A stretch of DNA of 64,000 nt. Origin: Candidatus Bathyarchaeota archaeon (lineage in GTDB: Archaea > Thermoproteota > Bathyarchaeia > Bathyarchaeales > Bathycorpusculaceae). The translations under genes and the position numbers were made by a program. The notes under the pieces are model-generated. The model was not told the DNA's origin and ran no database searches. It saw only the letters and a program-made list of their open reading frames with translations. Where the stretch lies: assembly GCA_963780185.1 (NCBI GenBank), contig CAWABA010000006.1, positions 768,001-832,000 of the forward strand, given 5' to 3'. This document shows, one piece after another, positions 20,004-28,221 of the stretch. Positions within the stretch are counted from its first letter, which is position 1. Each line of letters begins with the position of its first letter.

Positions 20004-21026
20004 TCAGCTTCCTTTCTCTGCTGGTTTCGCAAACTGGAAAAGCGGCTTACGCTTGAAGTTTTCGCCGAGGCGTTCAGTGGCGGAGGCGACAAGGAACGGG
20101 AAAATCATCAAGGCTTCACCGATGACCATAACGTGGGCTGCTTCGCCCTTCATTTTTCCCCAGCTCACCGTTTCCTCCAACGTGGAACCCGATAAGCCGC
20201 CTGTTTCCGGTCTGTCCAGCGTTATGACGATGCCGTAGTCTAAGCCTTTTTTGGAGGCTACTGCGGATGATTGGATGGTGTTGCGTGGCACTCCGCCGCC
20301 GATAACTATCATTCCGTTTTTGGGCGATTTGCTGCAGATTCCGCAGATGGTCGGCACATCTTTGAAGGCGTCTAGGAGCAAAACGGGTTTCGGTTTGTCC
20401 TGTGCGGCGTGTAGCCAATGGATGAACCCGAATTCTGAGTCCCGCACCGAGGGCAGGAAGATTGGTACGTTTTCTTCGTATGCTGCTCGCAGGATGGAGT
20501 TTTCGTCCGTTAAGCGTTTGCCGATTTCCCATGTGAACTCGTTTGAAGCTAAGCTTTCGCCTTTGCGTTGGCGGGCGATGTCATCGTACATTTCTGACAT
20601 TTTAACGTCCAGTCGAACGTAGTCTTCTTCAGGAACCAAAATGTCGTAGATGCGGAAAAGATGGTACTTGTAGAGTTCAGCGTCGTTAATTGACAAACTG
20701 GCTTTGTAGTGGTGTCCGCCGACGGCTTCTATGGCGTCATGAACCATGCAGGCACCCGTGCTGACAATCACGTCGACAAGCCGTTTCCGAATCAAATCCG
20801 TCACAATCGTGCGCATTCCCGCTGGAACCACGGCGCCTGAAAGAGCCAAAAATATTGTGCAGTCTTTGTCTCTGAGCATTTTTTCGTAGATGTCGCATGC
20901 CGTTGACAGTCTGCCTGCGCCAAGTGAGCCTGACTTCTTGAATTGCTGCATCAGCTGGTCAACGGTTTGGGCGCCATCTACTTTTATGTGCTCGACTGGG
21001 TTTTGCAGGTAATCTTTCCGTTCCAT
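20004..21026 (-). CDS. dys: Deoxyhypusine synthase family protein
   Basis: LSGAVVPAGMR, VSTGA..VHD, GGGVP, GGLSGSTLEETVSWGK (catalytic Lys). Confidence 0.9.
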   Translation of the reverse strand: MERKDYLQNPVEHIKVDGAQTVDQLMQQFKKSGSLGAGRLSTACDIYEKMLRDKDCTIFLALSGAVVPAGMRTIVTDLIRKRLVDVIVSTGACMVHDAIEAVGGHHYKASLSINDAELYKYHLFRIYDILVPEEDYVRLDVKMSEMYDDIARQRKGESLASNEFTWEIGKRLTDENSILRAAYEENVPIFLPSVRDSEFGFIHWLHAAQDKPKPVLLLDAFKDVPTICGICSKSPKNGMIVIGGGVPRNTIQSSAVASKKGLDYGIVITLDRPETGGLSGSTLEETVSWGKMKGEAAHVMVIGEALMIFPFLVASATERLGENFKRKPLFQFAKPAEKGS

Positions 21027-21119
21027 CCAAGCTGCGCCTGTTGTAAGTTGTTTGATGGATATGGAGTTGCATTTTCATATTTAAAGTTGAATCAAATTGG
21101 CAGAGAATGGATGACCAAG

Positions 21120-21500
21120 CTATTTTTTGAGCAGACCCAGTATGCCGCCGATTAAGCCGAAGATTAAACCGAGGAGCCAGCCGCTGCCCACAAAGAGGCT
21201 GAGCACCGAAAAGATAACGACGATTGTGCCGCCGACCTCCGTCATCCCCGCATACATGAAATAAGCTCCAGCCATGATTATGATGGCGAAGGCGACAGCG
21301 ACTCCTCCGAGCAAGGTTATCGCGGTTCCAGCAAAAAGTCTGTGCTTTACAAAGTCTGAACCTGCGAAGTTAAGGATGTCGTGACCGACGATAATTCTAA
21401 CTATGCCTCTTAGAAGAATCATGATGGCGCCAATCAGGGATAATGCGAAGCCAATGACCGCACGTTTTGGCACGGTTTGGTTCATGTTAGGTTGCTGCAA
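21120..21500 (-). CDS. Four-TM membrane protein
   Basis: Hydrophobic Gly-rich helices ending GLIFGLIGGILGLLKK. Confidence 0.7.
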   Translation of the reverse strand: MQQPNMNQTVPKRAVIGFALSLIGAIMILLRGIVRIIVGHDILNFAGSDFVKHRLFAGTAITLLGGVAVAFAIIIMAGAYFMYAGMTEVGGTIVVIFSVLSLFVGSGWLLGLIFGLIGGILGLLKK

Positions 21501-21770
21501 AATGAGTTTTCTCCTAAAGTTGGGTTAGCAAGCGGTAATTTAAAGTTTCCCAGCGCTTGAAGGCCAGTCGATGGCGGGCGTAATTATCGTTGTTGCATCA
21601 AGACATCAATTCCCTTAACTCAAGAAAAGCGTCTCAGTGGAAATAGTTAACCAAACATCCTGCAGAATAGGGGAAGAGATAGATTTTGGCGCGGACGGAG
21701 AAGAGGCAGCCAATTTACCGAAGCCGAATTTTAGTATTTGATGCAAGATATTTATTACAGAAGTTGGAAA

Positions 21771-21788
21771 GTTTAAACTTGTTTAAAC
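21771..21788. promoter_or_regulatory. Tandem GTTTAAAC palindromes (GTTTAAACTTGTTTAAAC) upstream of the ECF/CoA operon
   Basis: Identical 18-mer at 45770-45787; TATA-like TTTTAT at ~21803. Confidence 0.5.
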
Positions 21789-21862
21789 AATTCATAGGAA
21801 AGTTTTATCTACAAAATCTTCTTTGCAGAAGGGTAAACCCAAAAAACGGAGCAAAAAACAAA

Positions 21863-22634
21863 ATGCAGTTGAAAGCCTTCAACATTGCCATAATGGCGGT
21901 TTGCGCCGCATTGTACGCGGTCATAGGGATCCTCACAAGTTTCGGCTTAACCTTCGGCGGAGTAGCCTTCTGGCCTGCCGCTTTCATCCCAGCAATCTTC
22001 GCCGTTTTGTTCGGTCCATATGAAGGCGGCTTCGGCGCAGCCATAGGAATATTCATCCACGACACCATAATTAATGGGCAACCTCTCCTGAGCCTCGCGG
22101 TAGGTGTCCCCGCAAACTTCGTAGCGTTCTTCTTAATCGGGTACCTTGCCCACAAAAAATTTGACAACAAAAAAACCATAATCAGCTTGATCGTCGGTTT
22201 CGTCGTTATCTTGGCGGGTCTCCTGTTGCCAATAATGATTTACCCTACCAACTTAATCGGCTTCGCTTTTTCAACGACTACCGTCGAAATACTCTTTGCG
22301 GTGCTTATGATTGTGTCTTTTGCTCTTTTCATAGGAATAGCCAAGTTCTCGAGAGAGTTCAGAAGCTTCGCCGTGAGGCTCAGTCATTGGCATGTCAATC
22401 GGCGCTCTAATAATCGCATTCGGCGTCTGGGCTTGGAGCCAAATTTTCTTCGGACCAAACCAGTTCTACTCAGCACAATTCACGGGTCCATTTGCATCCG
22501 CGGTGTTCGTGTGGACCTTCGTGACAGAAGCGCCGTTCGTCCTGCTGCTGGTTCCCCCAATCGTCAAAGCAGTCAGCCGTGCCTTCCCGTTTCTGAGGCA
22601 AAAACTTGAACGTCAAGAACAGGGGAACCGATGA
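21863..22634 (+). CDS. ECF transporter S-component-like membrane protein (frameshift at ~22376)
   Basis: IAIMAVCAALYAV...FWPAAFIPAIFAVLFGPYEGGFGAAIG. Removing one base joins FAV-GSVIGMSIG to ORF 22392-22634. Overlaps the pantoate kinase start (ATGA). Confidence 0.75.
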
Positions 22635-23568
22635 CGAAGACAAAAACAGCCAGAGCCTTCGCTCCCGGCGCAATATCCAGCTTCTTTGAAATCCACGACA
22701 CCGAAAATGGCAAACCCATCACGGAATTGGCGAAAGTAGGTGCGAGAGGCGGCGGCTTCGGGCTTGAAAAAGGCGTGACAACAAAGGTCACCGCCAAAGA
22801 AGCCGAGAAATCAACAATCGACGTTTTCATAAACTCCCAGAGTGTGGAAGAAGCAAAAACAACAAAAAAAATGGTTCAGGAGCTTCTACGCGGGATGTCT
22901 GAAAAATATGAGGTAATCGTTGAGCACCAAATTGATGTTCCCATCGGGGCGGGCTTCGGCACCAGCGCTGGCGGCGCATTAACCGCGGGTTTAGCACTCA
23001 AGCAGGCGCTGGATTTGCCGCTAACCTACAACCAAATCGGCAAGGCAGCACACATTGTGGAGATTCAATGCGGAACAGGCTTAGGCACAGTGAGTTCATT
23101 AACGTTTACGGGTGGCTGCGTGCTGGTTGTTGAGCCGGGAGCGCCGGGCATCTGCCAGCTTGACCGCATCCCAATCCCCCAGACTACATGGTGGTAGCTG
23201 GGTTTTTCAATTCGCACATTCCTAAATCGTTGCTGGAGAACCCGCAGAGAAAACAAGTAATCAACCGCTACGGCAAAAAAACTCTGAAGGCAATCCTCGC
23301 CAAACCCACGTTGGGCAATTTTCTTGACAGATGCTGGGAGTTTTCCCAAGACGCGGGGTTTGCCACCGCCAATGTTCGGCAACTTGTCGGGTTGGCTAAA
23401 AAGGCGGGTGCAGTCGGTGCGTCGCAAAACATGCTTGGTGAAGCTGTGCATGCGTTGGTGCTTGAGGAAAAAGTTGAGGCGGTAGTAGAAGCTTTTAAGC
23501 GGGTTTTACCCTGTGAAAACACGTTTGTGAGCAAAATCGATTTCCAGGGTGCCAGGCTGATAGAATGA
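22631..23568 (+). CDS. Pantoate kinase (GHMP family; frameshift in C-run at ~23180)
   Basis: [37 protein letters not shown]...[16 protein letters not shown]. Confidence 0.88.
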
Positions 23569-24055
23569 AAAGATTCAAGAAAGTCGCGGTTGGCGGAACA
23601 TTCGACAAACTACATAAGGGTCACGAATCGCTGTTGAGCACAGCTTTTGAAGTCGGAGAAAAAGTTGTAATCGGCTTGTCTTCTGACGAGTTTGTTTCAA
23701 AAATGGGCAAACCCCACCTGACTGCCTCGTACGCAGAAAGATTCAGTGAGGTTGCAGGCTTTTTTAGAGAAAAAAGGCTTGGCTGACAGGGCGGAAATTG
23801 TTCCCGCTAAAGGACCCTTTTGGGTTAACGGTGTCAGGCAAAGGCTTAGAAGCTCTGGTTGTTAGCAAAGAAACGGAGTCAAAGGTTGGCAAAATAAATG
23901 AAATACGCGCCAAAGCCAAGCTTCCGCCACTCAAAATTGTTGCTGTAAGCATGGTTCCCGCGGAAAACTGCGGCTCCATTTCCACGACGCGAATCAGAAG
24001 CGGGGAAATAGACCGAAACGGGCACTTGCTCAAAGAACGCAAAAACGCCTGTTAA
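23565..24055 (+). CDS. coaD: Phosphopantetheine adenylyltransferase, archaeal type (frameshifts at ~23760 and ~23804)
   Basis: [40 protein letters not shown]; follows pantoate kinase. Confidence 0.88.
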
Positions 24056-24084
24056 AACAGCATTTTGCTCAGCCAATTGGGAGT

Positions 24085-25014
24085 CTACAAGATTTCTCCT
24101 ACTACGCTTATGGGTTTGCGGATAAGTGAGGTTAAATCTTCCAGTCGCTCTTTATCGACGGAAGCCAAAATTACGGTGGCTGGACCCGCTGACTTATTCA
24201 AATCCAAACCCTTCACCTCGCCGAGCTTAAGTTGTCTTCCAACGGCGTAGGCTATCATTCGGGCTTGGTCAGCGATGCCTAGACCGCCGACGGCTGCGAT
24301 GTCGTGGACGTATTTTTTGGTTGAGAGTTGGATTATGTTTTTGAGGTCTGCGATTTCGCCTTTGGCTTCGGCTATGAGGACTTCGTCGCCGACTTTTGGC
24401 TTGCCGACTGCAACAATCAAGTCGCCGGGAACCGTCTTTCCCAGCCGCAGGTCATCCTCGTTTGCGAAGCCGATTACGGTTAAGCCTGCACCTGTCTGGA
24501 CTGTTTCAAAGTTGTCTTCCGTGTTCTCCATCAGAACCTGGTCTGGGTCCAACCCGAGGGTTCTTGCTTCCCAACGAATGCCCTCCAGTATGTCGTTGCC
24601 TGTCGGGTCCTTCTCAACACCCAAAGTAACGGATAAAAGCGTGGGGAACGCGCCAGTTGCGATTACATCCATCAGGCTGACTCTTGCCAGAAACTTTCCC
24701 AGCACACGCCCGTCAACTTTGACTTTATCCATAATTTTAGGTCCAACCGCACCTGACGAAGTTGACCCAACTACAATCGCGTGCCCCGTGGGGATTCTAA
24801 CGATGGAAACGTCTCCTCTTCGCGTGTAAGTTAACTGGGCTGGCTTAACCTGAAAAGCAATGGGACGCAGCATCGTGCCGACGTTGTCTACAAGATGCAG
24901 GTAGACGGTTAAGGCTTGACGCATCACCTCTGACCGGGTCAGGCCATGCTTGTCGGCTAGTTTATCGATGTCTGAGGCAATCTTGTCGGGGAGGCGGACG
25001 TTCACAATTTCCAT
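24085..25014 (-). CDS. Ribbon-helix-helix (CopG-like) domain fused to an alpha-ribazole kinase (CblS)/PurM-like domain
   Basis: IVNVRLPDKIASDIDKLADKHGLTRSEVMRQAL (RHH), then SSGAVGPK..D.V.V....G.F.ARV.LMD....GA.P...TEDNF.TVQTG.G.TVIG, GKPKVG.EV, KSAGPAT. Confidence 0.72.
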   Translation of the reverse strand: MEIVNVRLPDKIASDIDKLADKHGLTRSEVMRQALTVYLHLVDNVGTMLRPIAFQVKPAQLTYTRRGDVSIVRIPTGHAIVVGSTSSGAVGPKIMDKVKVDGRVLGKFLARVSLMDVIATGAFPTLLSVTLGVEKDPTGNDILEGIRWEARTLGLDPDQVLMENTEDNFETVQTGAGLTVIGFANEDDLRLGKTVPGDLIVAVGKPKVGDEVLIAEAKGEIADLKNIIQLSTKKYVHDIAAVGGLGIADQARMIAYAVGRQLKLGEVKGLDLNKSAGPATVILASVDKERLEDLTSLIRKPISVVGEIL

Positions 25015-25216
25015 ATTCAAACACTCGCTAAACAAATGCTTACTCTGGGAAGCCTCTTATCCTTTCCCACAAGCATTATTTGACCAGAGAAACGATTACA
25101 TGCCGAATTCGTAAGAAACAACAACTAAAAATCTTTAACTATCTCTGTTCGGGCGTAGTTAAAAAAACCTCCGCAGTCTACTAATGGAAATCAGAGAAAC
25201 AATTGAAAAAGAGTTC

Positions 25217-25273
25217 AGTCAAGAAACTTTGACTAAGCCTTAGTCAAGAAACCTGAACAAGAAAACTTTTATT
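25217..25273 (+). promoter_or_regulatory. Promoter with AGTCAA-N6-TTGACT palindrome, a second half-site and TATA
   Basis: AGTCAAGAAACTTTGACTAAGCCTTAGTCAAGAAACC...AAAACTTTTATT; matches the reverse complement of 16295-16350. Confidence 0.75.
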
Positions 25274-25307
25274 GGTTAACAATCCAAACCTCATTTAGAG
25301 AAAGCGT

Positions 25308-26702
25308 ATGGAAAGAAAGTTAGTAACGATTGCCTTAATTCTCTTGATGTTCTCAGCGCTCTTTCCATTTACCAAAGTTGAAGCTAACGCCAAAACCATA
25401 GTTGTGCCAGATAATTACAGAACCATAACCGATGCAATCGGTAATGCTACAAACGGAGATGTGATACTTGTAAGATCAGGTTTTTACAGCGAAATCCAAT
25501 TAGATTCAAACGTTTCTCTGTCATTGATAGGTCAAGGAGCAAGTACGACCACAATTAGCTTGCATCCACCTATTGTTAATACGACTATTGGGGACGTCAC
25601 ACTATCGGGATATGCCTCTCCTATCCAAATAAACGCTAACAACGTAGTCATATCAGGCTTTACTATAACCAGCACAGGCGGAAATCTTGCAATTAACGGA
25701 AATAACGCATGGCTAGCAAACAACGATTTAGCTGTCAACATTGCACTAAGCGGAAACTATGAAACTGTAACAAATAACACATTGAATCTTTCAGTAAACC
25801 CGATATTGGGAATAGGAATAGGCGGCTCTTACAGCAAAATTTGTCAAAACACTGGAACAGGCTTAATTGCGGTTGGTTCTGGGTCTTACAATAACGTTTT
25901 TGCTAACACAATAACTGGTGAAATCGGAGGCTTTGGAACTAGTTATTCCAACCTTTACTACAATAACGTGGTAGACGGCGGGATGGGCATGTCTGCTGCG
26001 ACCGGAGATTTTGTCGCCAATAACACTGTAGAAAACTGCGATCATGGCATTAGCATAGTAAATGGCTACAACAATTTGGTTATAGGAAATACAGTCGCAA
26101 ATAATGCCGGGGCAGGATTAATCAAGAAGGAAGGTCTAGCCAATTTGTTCTATGCAAACTACGTCGCCAACAATGGATTTGGCGTACAAATCGGCTCAAA
26201 TCAAATTGGTAATACCACTCTTTACGACAACGACTTCATTAATAACAGTAAGCAAGTCCAATATCTTTTCCCAGGTTCAATCGATCATTGGAATGAAAAT
26301 CAAGGCAACTATTGGAGCGACTACTCATCCAAGTATCCTAATGCTTCCCAAATAGACTCATCGGGAATTTGGGACACGCCCTACAACATTACAAACGGTG
26401 AACAGGACAATTATCCTCTGATCAGTCCCTTTGACATTTCAACCATCAATACTCAGTTACCAATTTGGGGAGATATCAACAATCCAACCCCACTACAATT
26501 ACCTTCGTTTCCTCCTCAAAAGCCGTTATCAAGCCCAACCTCAACTCCTGTGTCCTCATTTGCCCCCACAATGGCGCCAAGCCCAAGCTCAACTCCAACC
26601 GTTCCAGAGTTGTCTTGGTTGGTGCTTGTGCCTTTGCTTCTTTCCGTGTTCGCTGTTGCTGTGATTGTTAAGCATCGAAAAGACGTTAAAGCTAAGCGAT
26701 AG
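25308..26702 (+). CDS. Secreted beta-helix (NosD/CASH-like) surface protein with PEF-CTERM-like anchor
   Basis: Signal peptide; TIVVPDNY.TI.DAI.NA..GD.I.V.SG.Y; GNYWSDY...SGIWDTPY; Pro/Ser/Thr linker; VPEL-TM-KHRK. Confidence 0.85.
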   Translation: MERKLVTIALILLMFSALFPFTKVEANAKTIVVPDNYRTITDAIGNATNGDVILVRSGFYSEIQLDSNVSLSLIGQGASTTTISLHPPIVNTTIGDVTLSGYASPIQINANNVVISGFTITSTGGNLAINGNNAWLANNDLAVNIALSGNYETVTNNTLNLSVNPILGIGIGGSYSKICQNTGTGLIAVGSGSYNNVFANTITGEIGGFGTSYSNLYYNNVVDGGMGMSAATGDFVANNTVENCDHGISIVNGYNNLVIGNTVANNAGAGLIKKEGLANLFYANYVANNGFGVQIGSNQIGNTTLYDNDFINNSKQVQYLFPGSIDHWNENQGNYWSDYSSKYPNASQIDSSGIWDTPYNITNGEQDNYPLISPFDISTINTQLPIWGDINNPTPLQLPSFPPQKPLSSPTSTPVSSFAPTMAPSPSSTPTVPELSWLVLVPLLLSVFAVAVIVKHRKDVKAKR

Positions 26703-26856
26703 TCTTTTTTGTTATTTGTACCTGAAACAGACGCTTATTCGGGCAACGGCTTTTCTCCGCGGGGAAACTTGGCGGAGGCAGTAGCTCTGGGCTTTAATGG
26801 CTTTGTCAATTGATCCGCAAAGCGGATCCAAGCTGCCCAAACGCCTCATTGGGAAC

Positions 26857-27049
26857 CCGCCCATAGCCGACAATACCTGACAATGCCGTCAACATCGCTT
26901 CAACATACAAAGTCGCATTCCGCCCATAGCAAAGTCGCATCCGACAATACGCCTAAAGCAGATTCAAGCTTAGAACCAAGAAAGCAACCCAAAACGCAAA
27001 GAAACCGGGGCGGAAAGTCGCAACTTATTCCTACGGGAAGTCGCAACTT
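26857..27049. repeat. Repeat-rich intergenic region upstream of the tubulin-like module
   Basis: AAGTCGCA x4 (26910, 26932, 27015, 27038), CCGCCCATAGC x2 (26857, 26920), CCGACAATAC x2 (26867, 26941). Confidence 0.6.
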
Positions 27050-27228
27050 TTTTATTTTCCTGAAAACACCGCCAAGCATGGATAATCAGGCGTTTTCCAG
27101 CCATTTCTTCAAGGGAAAAGCCGCTAAAACAGATTTACCACTTGGGAGAATGGCAAACGAGAGACTAGCACAAGAGTTATATGCCTAATTCAATAGAAAA
27201 CAGGAGGTAAAAAACATGGGGGATAATA

Positions 27229-28215
27229 TTGAATAAGAAAATTCTAGCTTTAAGTCTCATTTTAGTGTTAACAGTAGTGTACGTAACTTCAGTTTCAATA
27301 TCTACATCTAAAGCTCAAACAACCAGCCAGCAAACAACCGGTGGATGGATTACCTCGTACACCGTGAAAAACGCCAACAACCAAGCAACAATCATAGACA
27401 CATCCTCACACCAAAACGGCTACATATTAGAAGGCGACGAGTTAGCGGTCACCGCAACAATCAGCATCAGCCAAAGCAGCCCCTCCACAAGTCTATCGTT
27501 AACAACAAGCCTCCAGCACTCAGATTTACAGCAAAACATGTACTGGGAGCTTGACTCAACAAACTATAACCTCGGAGACTTTAACCCCAACTCACGGACC
27601 ATAACGTTCGCGGAGAACTCAGGCACCCTCCAGATTACCTGTTTCGGACTTGTTCCATCAGGGTCAGTAACCCAGAGCGGTCCCAACGGCATAACCTTAG
27701 ACATTCCAACCCCACTCAACCTGATTGTCCTTGAAGACCCAAGCGGCGCAACCCTTGACTCAGTCACCGTAAACATAACAGACTCCGCAATCAACAATTA
27801 CCTCAACGTTCTCAGCCAAAGAGAAAACACACTCAAAGGCTACAAGAGCTCAGGCGTTGACTCAGGATTCACACAGATTTACCAAAACGTCATTGACGCA
27901 TCCAAAGTTATGGAAGGCCAAGGCTTCGCAACTGCCGCTACCCAGATGCTTAACGGATTAAACGTCGCTTCACCTCCATCAGCAAGTACAGCGGGAATCC
28001 TTATCCCGGTTGCAGGTGTTATGGCAGCTGTAGCGGTTGTTTTTGCGTTCCTGTTCATGCGGATAAGAGGCAAAGTCAGCTACTTCCAACTTGTCGTTGA
28101 AGACCAAATCAAGGACTTAGAAGGCTTGAGCATGAGAATCTCAAGAATCGACAGAGCAGCTTCCTCAAACCTGGAATCAGTCAAAGACAGACTCAAAAGA
28201 TTAGTCGGAGCGTGA
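27229..28215 (+). CDS. Type I single-pass membrane protein (signal peptide, S/T/N-rich ectodomain, TM, ~50-aa cytoplasmic helical tail)
   Basis: MNKKILALSLILVLTVVYV; TM ILIPVAGVMAAVAVVFAFLFM; tail VEDQIKDLEGLSMRISRIDRAASSNLESVKDRLKRLVGA; 6 bp before the tubulin-like gene. Confidence 0.8.
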   Translation: MNKKILALSLILVLTVVYVTSVSISTSKAQTTSQQTTGGWITSYTVKNANNQATIIDTSSHQNGYILEGDELAVTATISISQSSPSTSLSLTTSLQHSDLQQNMYWELDSTNYNLGDFNPNSRTITFAENSGTLQITCFGLVPSGSVTQSGPNGITLDIPTPLNLIVLEDPSGATLDSVTVNITDSAINNYLNVLSQRENTLKGYKSSGVDSGFTQIYQNVIDASKVMEGQGFATAATQMLNGLNVASPPSASTAGILIPVAGVMAAVAVVFAFLFMRIRGKVSYFQLVVEDQIKDLEGLSMRISRIDRAASSNLESVKDRLKRLVGA

Positions 28216-28221
28216 TAAGAA

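Noticed and set aside
26883-27188. 101-aa ORF in the repeat-rich intergenic region
   Set aside because: It translates the DNA repeats, has no recognisable domain and overlaps the likely promoter of the 27229 gene.
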